This document shows, one piece after another, positions 8,439 to 17,894 of a DNA stretch of 56,966 nucleotides. The notes below the pieces were generated by a model that did no database searches, had not been told where the DNA came from, and saw only the letters and a list, made by a program, of their open reading frames with translations. Source of the DNA: Anaerolineales bacterium (GTDB lineage: Bacteria > Chloroflexota > Anaerolineae > Anaerolineales > E44-bin32); assembly GCA_023250385.1 (NCBI GenBank), contig JAHFAU010000001.1, positions 1 to 56,966 of the forward strand, given 5' to 3'. Each line of letters opens with the position of its first letter. The stretch's first letter is position 1. Position numbers and translations under genes: made by a program.

Positions 8439-9928
8439 TGGGGTTCGGCTTCCGGCGGCAGACTGGGAGGCGGGCTCCCATCCCAAGTCAGTGGCAGGGT
8501 GAACTTGAAGGCGAGTCCGACGGGCAGGTTTTCGGCCCAGATGCGACCCCCATGGGCCTCCAAAATCCCTTTGCAGATAGAAAGCCCCAATCCGGTTCCC
8601 GTCACTCGATCGGCGGCGGTGATCCGGTAGAACTTGTCGAAAATGCGGGCCAGGTCCTGCTCTGGTACGGTCGGACCTTGATTGCTGACTTCAACCAGTA
8701 GTAAGCCGGATCCGTTCGGCCGGGCCTGGACTCGGATCAGGGTGTGGGGGGGCGCGTACTTAAGGCAGTTGCTGATCAGGTTGGTGAAAACTTGCTCGAT
8801 TTGGACGTAGTCGACCGGGACCAGCGGCAGATCCTCCGGTACAGCAATCTCCAGCTGGTGTTGGCCGGTCAGCGGCCGCATCCGCTCGACCACCCCACCG
8901 ACAATTTCCTGGAGCAGGTTCCATTGCCGGCTCGGCCGCAGTGCGCCGGCCTCGATCCGCGACATATCGAGCAGATTCCCCACCAGCCGGTTGAGCTGAT
9001 CGGCCTCATCGTCGATCGCACCGAGCAGCTCTGCCCGGGCGGCCGAATCCCATCCGACCTCGCCGCTGCGGAGGCTGGTTGCGGCGGCCTTGATCGTGGC
9101 CAGTGGAGTGCGCAGCTCGTGCGAGACGGAGGATAAGATTGCCGACTTCAGACGGTCGCTCTCTTCCAACACTCGCGCTCGCTGCTCGGCCTCGGCCAAC
9201 CTGGCCCGCTCCAGGGCGAGCGCCCCCTGGCTGGCGAAGGTGCGCAGCAACCGGTCTTCGGAGTCTGAGAGCGGGGCCGAATCCCGCCATAGGCGAATCT
9301 CCCCAAGTTGCCCCCGCGCGGTCTGCAAAACCGCGGCCCGGGTGGGTGCCGCGGATGCACCTGGCCCCTCCTGGGGGAGCCGGACCGTGGAAAAGGGGAA
9401 AGCCTCGTCACCGCCCGCCGCTAGCTCCACTCGATCGGCCTGGAACGTGCTCTTGACCAGCTCGGACAGAGTTCGGCCAAGCGCTTGGACGTCTAGCAGG
9501 CCGGCCAACGCCGTGCTGAGCTCGTAAAGACGAGTGGCCTCCCGCTCCCGGGCCCTGGCCGCGGCCAGCCCAGCCTGGGCACGGCCCACCAATTGGCTGA
9601 TGGCGACCGCCACGACCAGGAAAACTAGGAGAACCAACGTGTCCTCGGTGCGGTGGACGACCAGGGTGAGCCTCGGCTCGATGAAGAAGTAGTTGAAGGC
9701 CAGGAAGGCCCAGACCGCGGTCAGTACTCCGGGGCCCAAACCCCAGAAGGCAGTGCTGAGGCCGACCGGCAGCAGGTATAGCAGAGCCATCAACGGAGTT
9801 CCGAGGCTGGCGCGCCACAGGTAGAGCAGCGCGGTTGTCAACCCGATAGTCAGGGTTGCGAAGATATAGCGTGTAGCCACTCGAGCAGTAAGGGAAATGA
9901 CGGGCATCCGGAGGCCTGCGAATTCCAT
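8435..9928 (-). CDS. kdpD: Sensor histidine kinase, short-form KdpD (DUF4118 membrane domain + HisKA + HATPase; lacks the N-terminal KdpD/Usp domains)
   Basis: 497 aa. It has a 4-TM DUF4118-like N-terminus (LLYLLPVGLSTAFWGLGPGVLTAVWAFLAFNYFFIEP), an H-box (SHELRTPLATI), and N/G boxes (NLISNCLKYA, GTGLGLSICKGI). Confidence 0.8.
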   Translation of the reverse strand: MEFAGLRMPVISLTARVATRYIFATLTIGLTTALLYLWRASLGTPLMALLYLLPVGLSTAFWGLGPGVLTAVWAFLAFNYFFIEPRLTLVVHRTEDTLVLLVFLVVAVAISQLVGRAQAGLAAARAREREATRLYELSTALAGLLDVQALGRTLSELVKSTFQADRVELAAGGDEAFPFSTVRLPQEGPGASAAPTRAAVLQTARGQLGEIRLWRDSAPLSDSEDRLLRTFASQGALALERARLAEAEQRARVLEESDRLKSAILSSVSHELRTPLATIKAAATSLRSGEVGWDSAARAELLGAIDDEADQLNRLVGNLLDMSRIEAGALRPSRQWNLLQEIVGGVVERMRPLTGQHQLEIAVPEDLPLVPVDYVQIEQVFTNLISNCLKYAPPHTLIRVQARPNGSGLLLVEVSNQGPTVPEQDLARIFDKFYRITAADRVTGTGLGLSICKGILEAHGGRIWAENLPVGLAFKFTLPLTWDGSPPPSLPPEAEPQ

Positions 9929-10029
9929 TATATGCGTCGGCTGACGCTCGACAGCCGATCCGGACGCGGCTATTATCGAATGGGAGACTGTGGGCGGTCG
10001 TCTCCTAGGGTTCCGTGAGGAGTTGAGCC

Positions 10030-10614
10030 ATGACTACATCCAATAGCTCCGAACGCCGGGTGGCTGGCATCAGTGACCAGGCCGTCCTGGCGAAGACCGG
10101 CAAGACTTGGTCGGAGTGGATTGCAGCGCTGGACAAAGCAGGGGCGGCCTCCATGGACCATCCGGCCATCGCCAAGTACCTATCCAGCGAACTTCAGGTC
10201 CCCGACTGGTGGTCTCAGATGGTGACGGTCGGTTACGAGCAAGCGCGGGGGCGGAGGCAAGTTCACGAAACTGCCCGAGGATTCCAAATTACTCGGTCCA
10301 AGACCATCAACGTTTCAGCCGCCCGGGCTTTCAAGGCCTGGAGTGATGCGACCGTTCGCCGCCGCTGGCTGCCGGATCCGGGCCTGACGGTCCGGAAAGC
10401 CACCCGGAACAAATCGCTGCGGATCACTTGGACAGACGACAATTCCAACTTGTCGGTCGATCTCTATCCCAAAGGGGACGCAAAGATTCAAGTGGCGGTC
10501 GAGCACTCGGGACTCAAAGATGCCAGGCAGGCCGAGCGGATGAAACAGTTCTGGTCCGCTGCGCTCAGCAAGTTGAAAACTCAGCTCGAGGACCGCCGGC
10601 CCGCCACCCGCTAA
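10030..10614 (+). CDS. DUF4287-like N-terminal domain fused to an SRPBCC/AHSA1-like domain
   Basis: N-terminus: KTGKTWSEWIAALDKAGAASMDHPAIAKYLSSELQVPDWWSQMVTVGYEQARG. The C-terminal half has an SRPBCC-like pattern. GAGGAG lies before the ATG. Confidence 0.6.
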   Translation: MTTSNSSERRVAGISDQAVLAKTGKTWSEWIAALDKAGAASMDHPAIAKYLSSELQVPDWWSQMVTVGYEQARGRRQVHETARGFQITRSKTINVSAARAFKAWSDATVRRRWLPDPGLTVRKATRNKSLRITWTDDNSNLSVDLYPKGDAKIQVAVEHSGLKDARQAERMKQFWSAALSKLKTQLEDRRPATR

Positions 10615-10644
10615 TTGCGGCCGGCAGCTCCCTGCGAGGGTAGC

Positions 10645-10974
10645 ATGGCGTACGACAAGCCACTAGCCGAGCGAATCCGCAAAGCGATCGCCAAACAGCC
10701 GAAACTAACCGAACGGGAGATGTTCGGCGGGATCGGTTTCATGCTGCGAGGGAACATGGCCTGCGGCGTCATCGGCGATGAGCTGATGGTGCGCATAGCC
10801 AAGCAGGAGACCGAAGCGGCCCTGGAGGAGCCTGGGGCTCGAATATTCGACTTCTCGGGTCGGCCGTCGCCGGGTTGGATCCTGGTGAATCAGAGCGTAC
10901 TTACGAAACCTGCGGAACTACGGGCCTGGATCAAGCGGGGCGTGGAGTACGCGCTGAGCCTGCCTGCCAAATGA
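10645..10974 (+). CDS. TfoX/Sxy N-terminal domain family protein
   Basis: MAYDKPLAERIRKAI...EREMFGGIGFMLRGNMACGV...LMVRI. ATG 10645 is preceded by GAGGG. Confidence 0.75.
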   Translation: MAYDKPLAERIRKAIAKQPKLTEREMFGGIGFMLRGNMACGVIGDELMVRIAKQETEAALEEPGARIFDFSGRPSPGWILVNQSVLTKPAELRAWIKRGVEYALSLPAK

Positions 10975-10993
10975 GCAATCGGAGCTGACCCGC

Positions 10994-11866
10994 GTGGGTG
11001 ACCTCGACCGTGCGCTGCTTTCCTTGGCCGGCCTCTCCGTGGGCGACGCGTTCGGGGAGCAGTTCTTCAAGCTGCCTTGGGACGCGATCCGCGAGCGCCG
11101 GCTGCCCAACGGCCCTTGGCCGTGGACAGACGACACGGCCATGGCGCTCTCGATCGTGGAGGTATTGAGAGAACATCGGGCTATTGAGCAGGATGCCCTG
11201 GCCGCGCGCTTCGCCGAGCGCTTTCGGCAAGATCCCCAGCGCGGTTACGGCGGCGGAGCTGTCCGGCTGCTCTTGCAAGTTGCCGACGGCGCGAGTTGGG
11301 AAGAGCAAGCGCCGCGCCTGTTCAATGGCGGATCGTACGGCAACGGTGCCGCGATGCGCGCCGGGCCGATCGGCGGCTATTTCTGGGGAGATCCAGAGCG
11401 CGCCGCACAGGAGGCCCAAAGGTCTGCGGTCGTCACTCACGCCCACTTAGAAGGTCAGGCCGGCGCGATTGCGGTCGCAGCTGCGGCCGCCATGGCCCCC
11501 TTCAAGTTGGCTCTCTCGAGCATCGATTTCCTTTCGCAGGTGATTGCCCTCCTACCGCAGACCCAGACGAAAGAGAAAATCGAAGAGGCCCGCAAGATCG
11601 GGCCCGATGAGCACGGTCGAGCGGTCAGCACGCTCGGGACCGGCGCTGAGGTCGCGGCCTTCGACACGGTCCCGTTCTGCCTCTGGGTGGCGGCCAACCA
11701 CGGATTCGATTTCGAAGCGGCCTTGTGGACGACGGTCGCCGGCGGCGGCGACCGAGATACGACCTGCGCGATCGTCGGGAGCATCGTTGGATTATCGGCA
11801 GACATCCCGGAGGACTGGATCCGCGCCCGCGAAGCCCTGCCCGCTGAACTTGAGCTGATGGCTTAA
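10994..11866 (+). CDS. ADP-ribosylglycohydrolase family protein
   Basis: Family motifs: GLSVGDAFG, WTDDTAMALS, SYGNGAAMRAGPIG, GGDRDTTCAIVGSIVG. Confidence 0.85.
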   Translation: MGDLDRALLSLAGLSVGDAFGEQFFKLPWDAIRERRLPNGPWPWTDDTAMALSIVEVLREHRAIEQDALAARFAERFRQDPQRGYGGGAVRLLLQVADGASWEEQAPRLFNGGSYGNGAAMRAGPIGGYFWGDPERAAQEAQRSAVVTHAHLEGQAGAIAVAAAAAMAPFKLALSSIDFLSQVIALLPQTQTKEKIEEARKIGPDEHGRAVSTLGTGAEVAAFDTVPFCLWVAANHGFDFEAALWTTVAGGGDRDTTCAIVGSIVGLSADIPEDWIRAREALPAELELMA

Positions 11867-11965
11867 TCATTCGGAAAGCTTGGTCGAGTAGAATCGGCCC
11901 GCGACCGCACTGGCCAAGGCCTGGCGGGCCGCGCTTTCAATCCCAAGAACGGAGGCAAGTGAGAG

Positions 11966-12550
11966 ATGACGAGCCACGAGGTCGAGCCGGCGGTCAAGCA
12001 GCTCGAGACGGCGACCCTGGGTGGAGGCTGTTTCTGGTGCTTTGAACCGGTGTTCGAGGCGCTAACCGGCGTGCACAAGGTAACCGTCGGGTACGCCGGG
12101 GGGAGCCTGCCCGAGCCGTCCTACCACCAGGTCGGCAGTGGATCGACCGGTCACGCCGAAGTGGTCCAGATTGAGTTCGACCCGCAGGAGATCAGCTACC
12201 GGGAAATCCTGGAGGCCTTTTTCTCGGTGCACGACCCGACAACCCCGAATCGTCAAGGGGCGGACTTCGGAACGCAATACCGATCGCTCATTCTATATCA
12301 CAGCCCCGATCAGCAGACGACCGCCGAGGCGCTGATCCGTGAATTCAAGGCTGAAGGGATATGGGATTCGCCGATCGTGACTCAGGTCCAGCCTTATCGG
12401 GCCTTCTACCTCGGCGAAGACTATCATCAGGATTACTACGAGAAGAATCCTTCAGCCGGATACTGCCGGGTCGTGATCGAGCCGAAGCTGGCCAAGTTCC
12501 GCAAGCGCTTCGCCCAGAAACTCAAGACCGAGCCGACGCCGGCCGGGTAG
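11966..12550 (+). CDS. msrA: Peptide-methionine (S)-S-oxide reductase
   Basis: ATLGGGCFWCFEPVF...GYAGG...PSYHQVGSGSTGHAEVVQIEFDP. GGAGG RBS. Confidence 0.9.
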   Translation: MTSHEVEPAVKQLETATLGGGCFWCFEPVFEALTGVHKVTVGYAGGSLPEPSYHQVGSGSTGHAEVVQIEFDPQEISYREILEAFFSVHDPTTPNRQGADFGTQYRSLILYHSPDQQTTAEALIREFKAEGIWDSPIVTQVQPYRAFYLGEDYHQDYYEKNPSAGYCRVVIEPKLAKFRKRFAQKLKTEPTPAG

Positions 12551-12557
12551 ACCCGCC

Positions 12558-13895
12558 ATGAATCACGACGAGCTCGTCCGGCGGAACAAGGCCCACACCC
12601 TGACGAGCTGGACCGCTCAAGACGACTGGAACCCCCTCAGCATGGTGAAGGCCGAGGGGGTTTATTTTTGGGACGCCGACGGGAAGCGTTACCTCGATTG
12701 GTCTTCCCAGCTCTTCAACGTAAACATCGGGCATGCCAACCCGCATGTGATCCAGGCGATCCAAGACCAGGTGGCGCGGCTGTCTTACGCCTATCCCGGG
12801 ATTGCCACCGAGCCGCGGGCGGTGTTGGGAGAGATGCTGGCCGAGATCACCCCACCCGGGCTCGAAAGGACCTTTTTCACGCTGGGTGGCGCGGATGCCA
12901 TCGAAACCGCGATGAAGATGGCCCGCCAGTTCACCGGCCGTCAGAAAGTGGTCACCCGCTACCGGGCCTTCCATGGGGCGACTTTTGGCGCGATGAGCGC
13001 GGGTGGCGACCCGCGCCGGCTAGCCAATGAGCCCGGGGTCCCATGGATCGTGCGGGTACACGATCCCTACCCCTATCGCAGCCCGCTTTATCGTGGCCGG
13101 ACGGCCGAGGAGGGCGATCAGGCATTGGTGGATCAGGTCGCCGAAACCCTCGACTTTGAAGGCCCGCAGAACATTGCTGCTATTCTGCTGGAAGGCTACA
13201 GCGGCTCGAGCGGCGTGATTCAGGGTGGGGAGGTCTTCTGGAACGGAATCCAATCGTTGTGCCGGCAGCATGGGATCTTGTTGATCATCGATGAGGTGTT
13301 GAGCGGATTCGGCAGGACCGGTGAGTGGTTTGGGATCAACCATTACCCGAACGTTGAGCCGGACATGCTGGTGCTGGCCAAGGGGCTCACCAGCGGCTAC
13401 GTACCGTTGGGCGCAGTAGTTGTCAGCGAGGAAATCAGCGCATACTTCGACCGGCACACTCTGTGGACCGGGCTGACCTACAGTGCCCATCCGGTCGGCT
13501 GCGCGGCAGGGATCGCCAATCTCGAGGTTTATCGGACTGAGAATCTGATCACGCGGGCCAGACAGTCCGGCAAGCTGCTGCACGCCGGATTGGTCGATCT
13601 TGCCGAACGGCATCCGAGCGTCGGCGATGTGCGGGGCATCGGGCTGCTGCAACTGCTCGAGCTGGTGGCAAGTCGCGAGAGCCGTGAACCGTTGAGCGCT
13701 TTCAACCAGCCCTTGAGCGAGCCGATGAAGGCGTTGGCGGCCTCGCTGCGGGCCCAGGGCCTGAGCACCTTCGTTCGCTGGAACATGATCTTCTGCACCC
13801 CGCCGCTGATCATTGACGAGCCGCAGCTGCGGGACGGGATCAAGATCCTGGATGAGGCCCTGGCGATCGCCGACAGTTATGCTGCGGAGGCCTAG
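12558..13895 (+). CDS. Class III (omega-type) pyridoxal-phosphate aminotransferase
   Basis: 445 aa with GGADAIETAMKMAR, LIIDEVLSGFGRTG and LAKGLTSGYVPLG (PLP lysine motif). Confidence 0.85.
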   Translation: MNHDELVRRNKAHTLTSWTAQDDWNPLSMVKAEGVYFWDADGKRYLDWSSQLFNVNIGHANPHVIQAIQDQVARLSYAYPGIATEPRAVLGEMLAEITPPGLERTFFTLGGADAIETAMKMARQFTGRQKVVTRYRAFHGATFGAMSAGGDPRRLANEPGVPWIVRVHDPYPYRSPLYRGRTAEEGDQALVDQVAETLDFEGPQNIAAILLEGYSGSSGVIQGGEVFWNGIQSLCRQHGILLIIDEVLSGFGRTGEWFGINHYPNVEPDMLVLAKGLTSGYVPLGAVVVSEEISAYFDRHTLWTGLTYSAHPVGCAAGIANLEVYRTENLITRARQSGKLLHAGLVDLAERHPSVGDVRGIGLLQLLELVASRESREPLSAFNQPLSEPMKALAASLRAQGLSTFVRWNMIFCTPPLIIDEPQLRDGIKILDEALAIADSYAAEA

Positions 13896-13982
13896 CTGCA
13901 GGACCTCGGCACGGCCAAAGCCTACATTTAAGGATCAGAGGTCGGCCAACTCGCGTATAGTTTGATTCGGGAGAGAAGCAAA

Positions 13983-14768
13983 GTGGCTCAAGCACACACA
14001 ATCTCGACCTTAAAGGAGACGTTCGGCTTTCCGTTCCGCAGCCCGGATTGGCAGGGCCGCTTCTTGGTGGGATCCGCGCTGCTGATCTTGAGTTTTGTAA
14101 TTCCGTTCCTGCCGGCAATCTTTGTCTACGGCTACGTTCTGGGCATCATGCGCCAGGCGATCGAGGGTCGCCCGCTTAGCCTGCCAGCCTGGGAGGATTG
14201 GGGTCGGTTCTGGAAGGATGGCTGGCGAGTATTCCTGGTCGGATTGGTGTTCGTGGCGCCCGGGGTAGCGCTGCTGTGCGGTGGGACCGCGTTGTACTTC
14301 GTGGGGTCCGTTAGTTTGCCGTTATTGGGGACCTCGGGTGGTGACCTCGGTGGGGCCGCGGTAGCCTTGTTCCTCCTCAGTTTTGCCATCTTCTTCCTGT
14401 CCCTCTTCGCCGGTTCACTGCTGGCGGTCTTAGGCGCGATTCCGTTCCCATTCGCCGCCGCGCATCTGGCCGCCCAGGACAGCCTGGGCGCTGCGTTCCA
14501 CACTGGCGAGTGGTGGCCTGCACTCCGCAGATCCAAAGTGGAATACTTCGTCGCCTGGGTGATCGTATTTGGCCTGTTCGGTATCGCCTATCTGGCGACC
14601 CTGTTGGCCTATTACTCCCTTGTCCTCTGCCTTCTCGTCCCGGTGCTCGCCGCACCGTTGGGATTCTATGCTTCACTGGTGGCCGGAGCGCTCTTCGGAG
14701 AGACGTACCGGGAAGGGATGACAACCCGGTCCAGCCGGCGGAAGGTGGCAGCGAAAAAAGCCCGATGA
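13983..14768 (+). CDS. DUF4013-like integral membrane protein
   Basis: FPFRSPDWQGRFLVGSALLILSFVIPFLPAIFVYGYVLGIMRQAIEG...LPAWEDWG. I prefer GTG 13983 after GGGAGAGAAG; the ORF-track TTG at 13962 is an alternative. Confidence 0.65.
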   Translation: MAQAHTISTLKETFGFPFRSPDWQGRFLVGSALLILSFVIPFLPAIFVYGYVLGIMRQAIEGRPLSLPAWEDWGRFWKDGWRVFLVGLVFVAPGVALLCGGTALYFVGSVSLPLLGTSGGDLGGAAVALFLLSFAIFFLSLFAGSLLAVLGAIPFPFAAAHLAAQDSLGAAFHTGEWWPALRRSKVEYFVAWVIVFGLFGIAYLATLLAYYSLVLCLLVPVLAAPLGFYASLVAGALFGETYREGMTTRSSRRKVAAKKAR

Positions 14769-15211
14769 GCCTCAGCGCCCGCCAACAGCTCGTCCAGAAA
14801 GTGACCCCGGAGCTCTACGATCGGGTGCGCACGCTGTGGATCCAACACTCCAAGGCCGAGGACGGGCGTGATCTGGACGGGCTGATCGCTACGCTGACCG
14901 AAGACTGCCTTTACGAGATTGTGCCCACCGGCCAGCTTTGGGAAGGGCATGTCGGGGCTCGCCAGTTCTACAGTGAATTCCTGGGGGCTTTTCCGGATGT
15001 CAAATTCGACCTCAAAGACATCGTCATCGGGCCGCAAGGCGTCATCGAGATCGCCCGGTTAACCGGGACCCATAGCGGCCCGTGGGCCGGCAGGGAGCCG
15101 ACCGGCCAGCGACTCTCGTTTCCTATCGTGATCCACTTCCCCTGGGATCCGTCAGCGGAGCGATTCGCCGGGGAAAATATCTTCTTCGACACCGGCCAGC
15201 TCACCGGCTGA
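14765..15211 (+). CDS. SnoaL-like / NTF2-fold protein (ester-cyclase-like)
   Basis: ATG 14765 overlaps the upstream stop (ATGA). MSLSARQQLVQKV...DLDGLIATLTEDCLYEIVPTGQ...FPDVKFDLKDIVIGPQG. The upstream part of the ORF-track frame overlaps the DUF4013 gene. Confidence 0.7.
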   Translation: MSLSARQQLVQKVTPELYDRVRTLWIQHSKAEDGRDLDGLIATLTEDCLYEIVPTGQLWEGHVGARQFYSEFLGAFPDVKFDLKDIVIGPQGVIEIARLTGTHSGPWAGREPTGQRLSFPIVIHFPWDPSAERFAGENIFFDTGQLTG

Positions 15212-15253
15212 CTCGGATTGCCCCGGCGAGGGGGGACCAGAGACCGAAGGGTG

Positions 15254-16156
15254 TCAACTGGACGCCGGCGCGGCCCTGGCGGCCGGTCGCCGACCCGTAA
15301 GCGCGAGCGCATTGCCGATGATGACCAGCCCAGCCCCCAAGAGCGCGATCCATTCCCAGCGCAAACCTTCGAAAACAGTGGAGAGGGCCAGCGCCACGAT
15401 TGGAAAAACCACCGCGATGTAAGCCGCCCGGTCTGGTCCGATTCGACCCAGCAGGGTCAGGTAGCTGCCGAAGGCTACGACCGAGCCGAATGCGGCCAAG
15501 TAAAGTAAGGAAGCGATGTACCCGAAGCTCGGCACGAATGACAGCCGGGCCCCGCGGGCCAGTGCCACCAGTAAGGTAAGCAGGGCGCCATAGGCCATCC
15601 CGTAGGCGTTGCTCTGCACGACGGGGAGGGAGTTTCGCTGGTTGCGGGCCGCGACGATATTCCCAAATGAAGCGATGGTGGTTCCGGCAACCGCCCAGGC
15701 CAGCCCGAGCACCCGCTCTTCGGAGAGGTTGAGCCCTGACAATTGGGGCCGGAAAACCAGCGCCAGGCCGGCAATCCCAATCGCGCCGCCGACTAGCACC
15801 CGCGGGCGGATCGGATTTCCGAGGAAGAGCGCCGAGAGGAAGACGTTGAAAACAACGATCAATGAGAAGACGACCGCCACCAGTCCGCTGCTCAGGTAAA
15901 GCTCCGCAAGATAGACCGCGATGTAGTTTAGGGAGAACAACGTCAGCCCCTGGAGGGCCATGAAGAAGTGCTGACGCGGGCTGAACCGCAGCGGCAGCCG
16001 CCGAAACAGGCTGAACGCCAGCAGCAGGGCGGCCGCCAAGGAGAAGCGGTAGGCCACCGAGACCCCCGGGTCGACCACGCCCAGCTGGAATTTGATCCCC
16101 AGCCAGGTGGAACCCCAGATGAGACACGTCAAGATGTATAGTCCGGCGTTCTGCAT
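15254..16156 (-). CDS. EamA/DMT-family transporter
   Basis: 10-TM pattern: MQNAGLYILTCLIWGSTWLGIKFQL. ATG 16156 lies 9 nt after GGTGAGG. Confidence 0.85.
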   Translation of the reverse strand: MQNAGLYILTCLIWGSTWLGIKFQLGVVDPGVSVAYRFSLAAALLLAFSLFRRLPLRFSPRQHFFMALQGLTLFSLNYIAVYLAELYLSSGLVAVVFSLIVVFNVFLSALFLGNPIRPRVLVGGAIGIAGLALVFRPQLSGLNLSEERVLGLAWAVAGTTIASFGNIVAARNQRNSLPVVQSNAYGMAYGALLTLLVALARGARLSFVPSFGYIASLLYLAAFGSVVAFGSYLTLLGRIGPDRAAYIAVVFPIVALALSTVFEGLRWEWIALLGAGLVIIGNALALTGRRPAARAAPASS

Positions 16157-16392
16157 CTGAACCAACCTCACCTTTCCCCGCAAATCCGGCGGGCCCGGCG
16201 TGGGGGGGCTCGGCCAAGACGCCCCGATCTGGCCTGAATTCGCAATCTTACCCGCTCCAGACCGCTTAATGAGACTCTCGCGGCCGCCGGACGTGAATTC
16301 GGGGAATGGTCGCTTGTCCGGCGGGGGACATCTTCACTATTGAGCGGATCTGCTGGATGGTGAAATAATGCCGGGGCGCATAGGAGACCCGA

Positions 16393-16977
16393 ATGCAGTA
16401 TCCACTCGGACTTAACTTCAAGATCATGGCCCTCGCTCCTCAAATCTCGGTAACCGACGCGAGCGGGCAACAGGTGTTTTACGTCAAACAGAAGCTCTTC
16501 AAGTTGAAGGAAGCCGTGACCGTCTTCGGTGATGCGGCTCAGACCCGTCCGCTTTACACGATCAACGCGGACCGGATCATCGACTTTTCGGCCCAATACC
16601 ACTTTACCGATCCAATGGGGATGCCGCTCGGATCGGTCAAACGGGACGGGATGAAATCGCTGTGGCGGTCCCGCTACAACATTCTGAATGGGTCCTCGCC
16701 GAACCTTGTGATTCGCGAAGAAAATCCGTGGATAAAGGTTGCTGACGGACTGTTTGGCCAGATCCCGCTGGTCGGGATGTTTAGTGGCTATCTTTTGCAC
16801 CCGGCCTACCTGGTAACCCGGGCGGACAACGCCGGCGTCATGCGGCTCGTCAAATTGCCGGCGTTTTTCGAGGGGAAGTTCAAGATCGAGAAGCTGGCTG
16901 ACCTTTCCCCGGCCGAAGAGACCCGAATCCTGCTCAGCTTGCTGATGATGGTCCTGCTCGAGCGCAGCCGCGGTTGA
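16393..16977 (+). CDS. LURP-one-related / Tubby-C-like (scramblase-like) protein with a C-terminal hydrophobic helix
   Basis: KIMALAPQISVTDASGQQVFYVKQKLFKLKEAVTVF... resembles the YxjI/LURP1 pattern. Ends in ILLSLLMMVLLE. AGGAGA RBS. Confidence 0.5.
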   Translation: MQYPLGLNFKIMALAPQISVTDASGQQVFYVKQKLFKLKEAVTVFGDAAQTRPLYTINADRIIDFSAQYHFTDPMGMPLGSVKRDGMKSLWRSRYNILNGSSPNLVIREENPWIKVADGLFGQIPLVGMFSGYLLHPAYLVTRADNAGVMRLVKLPAFFEGKFKIEKLADLSPAEETRILLSLLMMVLLERSRG

Positions 16978-17027
16978 GGCCTGCCCTCCCGCTGGCCCGT
17001 TCGCCGGCGGCGTGAGCGAAGTCAAGA

Positions 17028-17059
17028 CGGGCGCCCGCTTGGGCGCCCGGTTCTTTTTT
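17028..17059 (+). terminator. Rho-independent terminator
   Basis: CGGGCGCCC-GCTT-GGGCGCCCG followed by GTTCTTTTTTC. Confidence 0.85.
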
Positions 17060-17099
17060 CGCCACCTACCACCGGTACAATACGGTCCGCCACCCGGCG

Positions 17100-17864
17100 A
17101 TGAGAATACAACTCCTGCGGCATGCGACCCTTCTGGCGCGCCTGGACGGAGCCGATTACCTGATCGATCCGATGCTGAGTCCGGCGGAAGCCTGGGAGCC
17201 GGTACGCAACTCAGCCAACCCGCGGCGCAATCCGCTGGTCGAGCTGCCCCTCAGCGCTGCAGAGCTGGACAAGGCGTTGGGGAGCGTCGCCGCCGTATTC
17301 GTCACCCACACCCATGGCGATCATTGGGACAAGCCTGCGCAGGAACGCCTCCCGAAAGACTTGCCCATTTTCTGCCAGCCGGTTGACGCGGAGACGATTC
17401 GCAGCGAGGGATTTCGCCAGGTCATTCCGGTGAACCCGAGCCTGGAATGGGGAGGGTTGGAGATCGAGCTCACTGGCGGCCGGCACGGCACCGGTGAGGT
17501 GGCCGAGCGGATCGGCCCGGTGTCCGGCTTTGTACTCCGCGCCGCGAATGAGCCCTCGCTCTACGTGGCCGGGGACACCATCTGGTGTTCTGAGGTAGAG
17601 GCCGCGCTTAACGTCCATCGGCCCGCGGTCGTGATCGTGAACGCCGGCTCGGCTCAGTTTATTGACAGCGGCCCGATCACAATGGATGCGGCAGATGTCC
17701 TGGCAGTGGCGCGGGCAGCTCCGGACAGCCTTGTAGTGGCAGTCCACTTCGAGTCCATCAATCACTGTGTCCTCAGCCGACGGGAGCTACGCGAGCAGGT
17801 CGAGCGGGCAGGGCTTTCCGCGCGGGTGTTGATTCCTGCCGACGGGGAGGTGCTGGAATTCTGA
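17100..17864 (+). CDS. MBL-fold metallo-hydrolase
   Basis: VFVTHTHGDHWD motif with MBL-like spacing of later His/Asp residues. Confidence 0.8.
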   Translation: MRIQLLRHATLLARLDGADYLIDPMLSPAEAWEPVRNSANPRRNPLVELPLSAAELDKALGSVAAVFVTHTHGDHWDKPAQERLPKDLPIFCQPVDAETIRSEGFRQVIPVNPSLEWGGLEIELTGGRHGTGEVAERIGPVSGFVLRAANEPSLYVAGDTIWCSEVEAALNVHRPAVVIVNAGSAQFIDSGPITMDAADVLAVARAAPDSLVVAVHFESINHCVLSRRELREQVERAGLSARVLIPADGEVLEF

Positions 17865-17894
17865 AACATGTGTAGTCTTCGGAGAGGATAGACC

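Noticed and set aside
15201-17025. Long minus-strand ORFs 15201-16217 (338 aa) and 16168-17025 (285 aa).
   Set aside because: The first is an alternative frame of the EamA gene. The second is antisense to the LURP-like gene. Both have Arg/Pro/Gly-dominated composition and no motifs.
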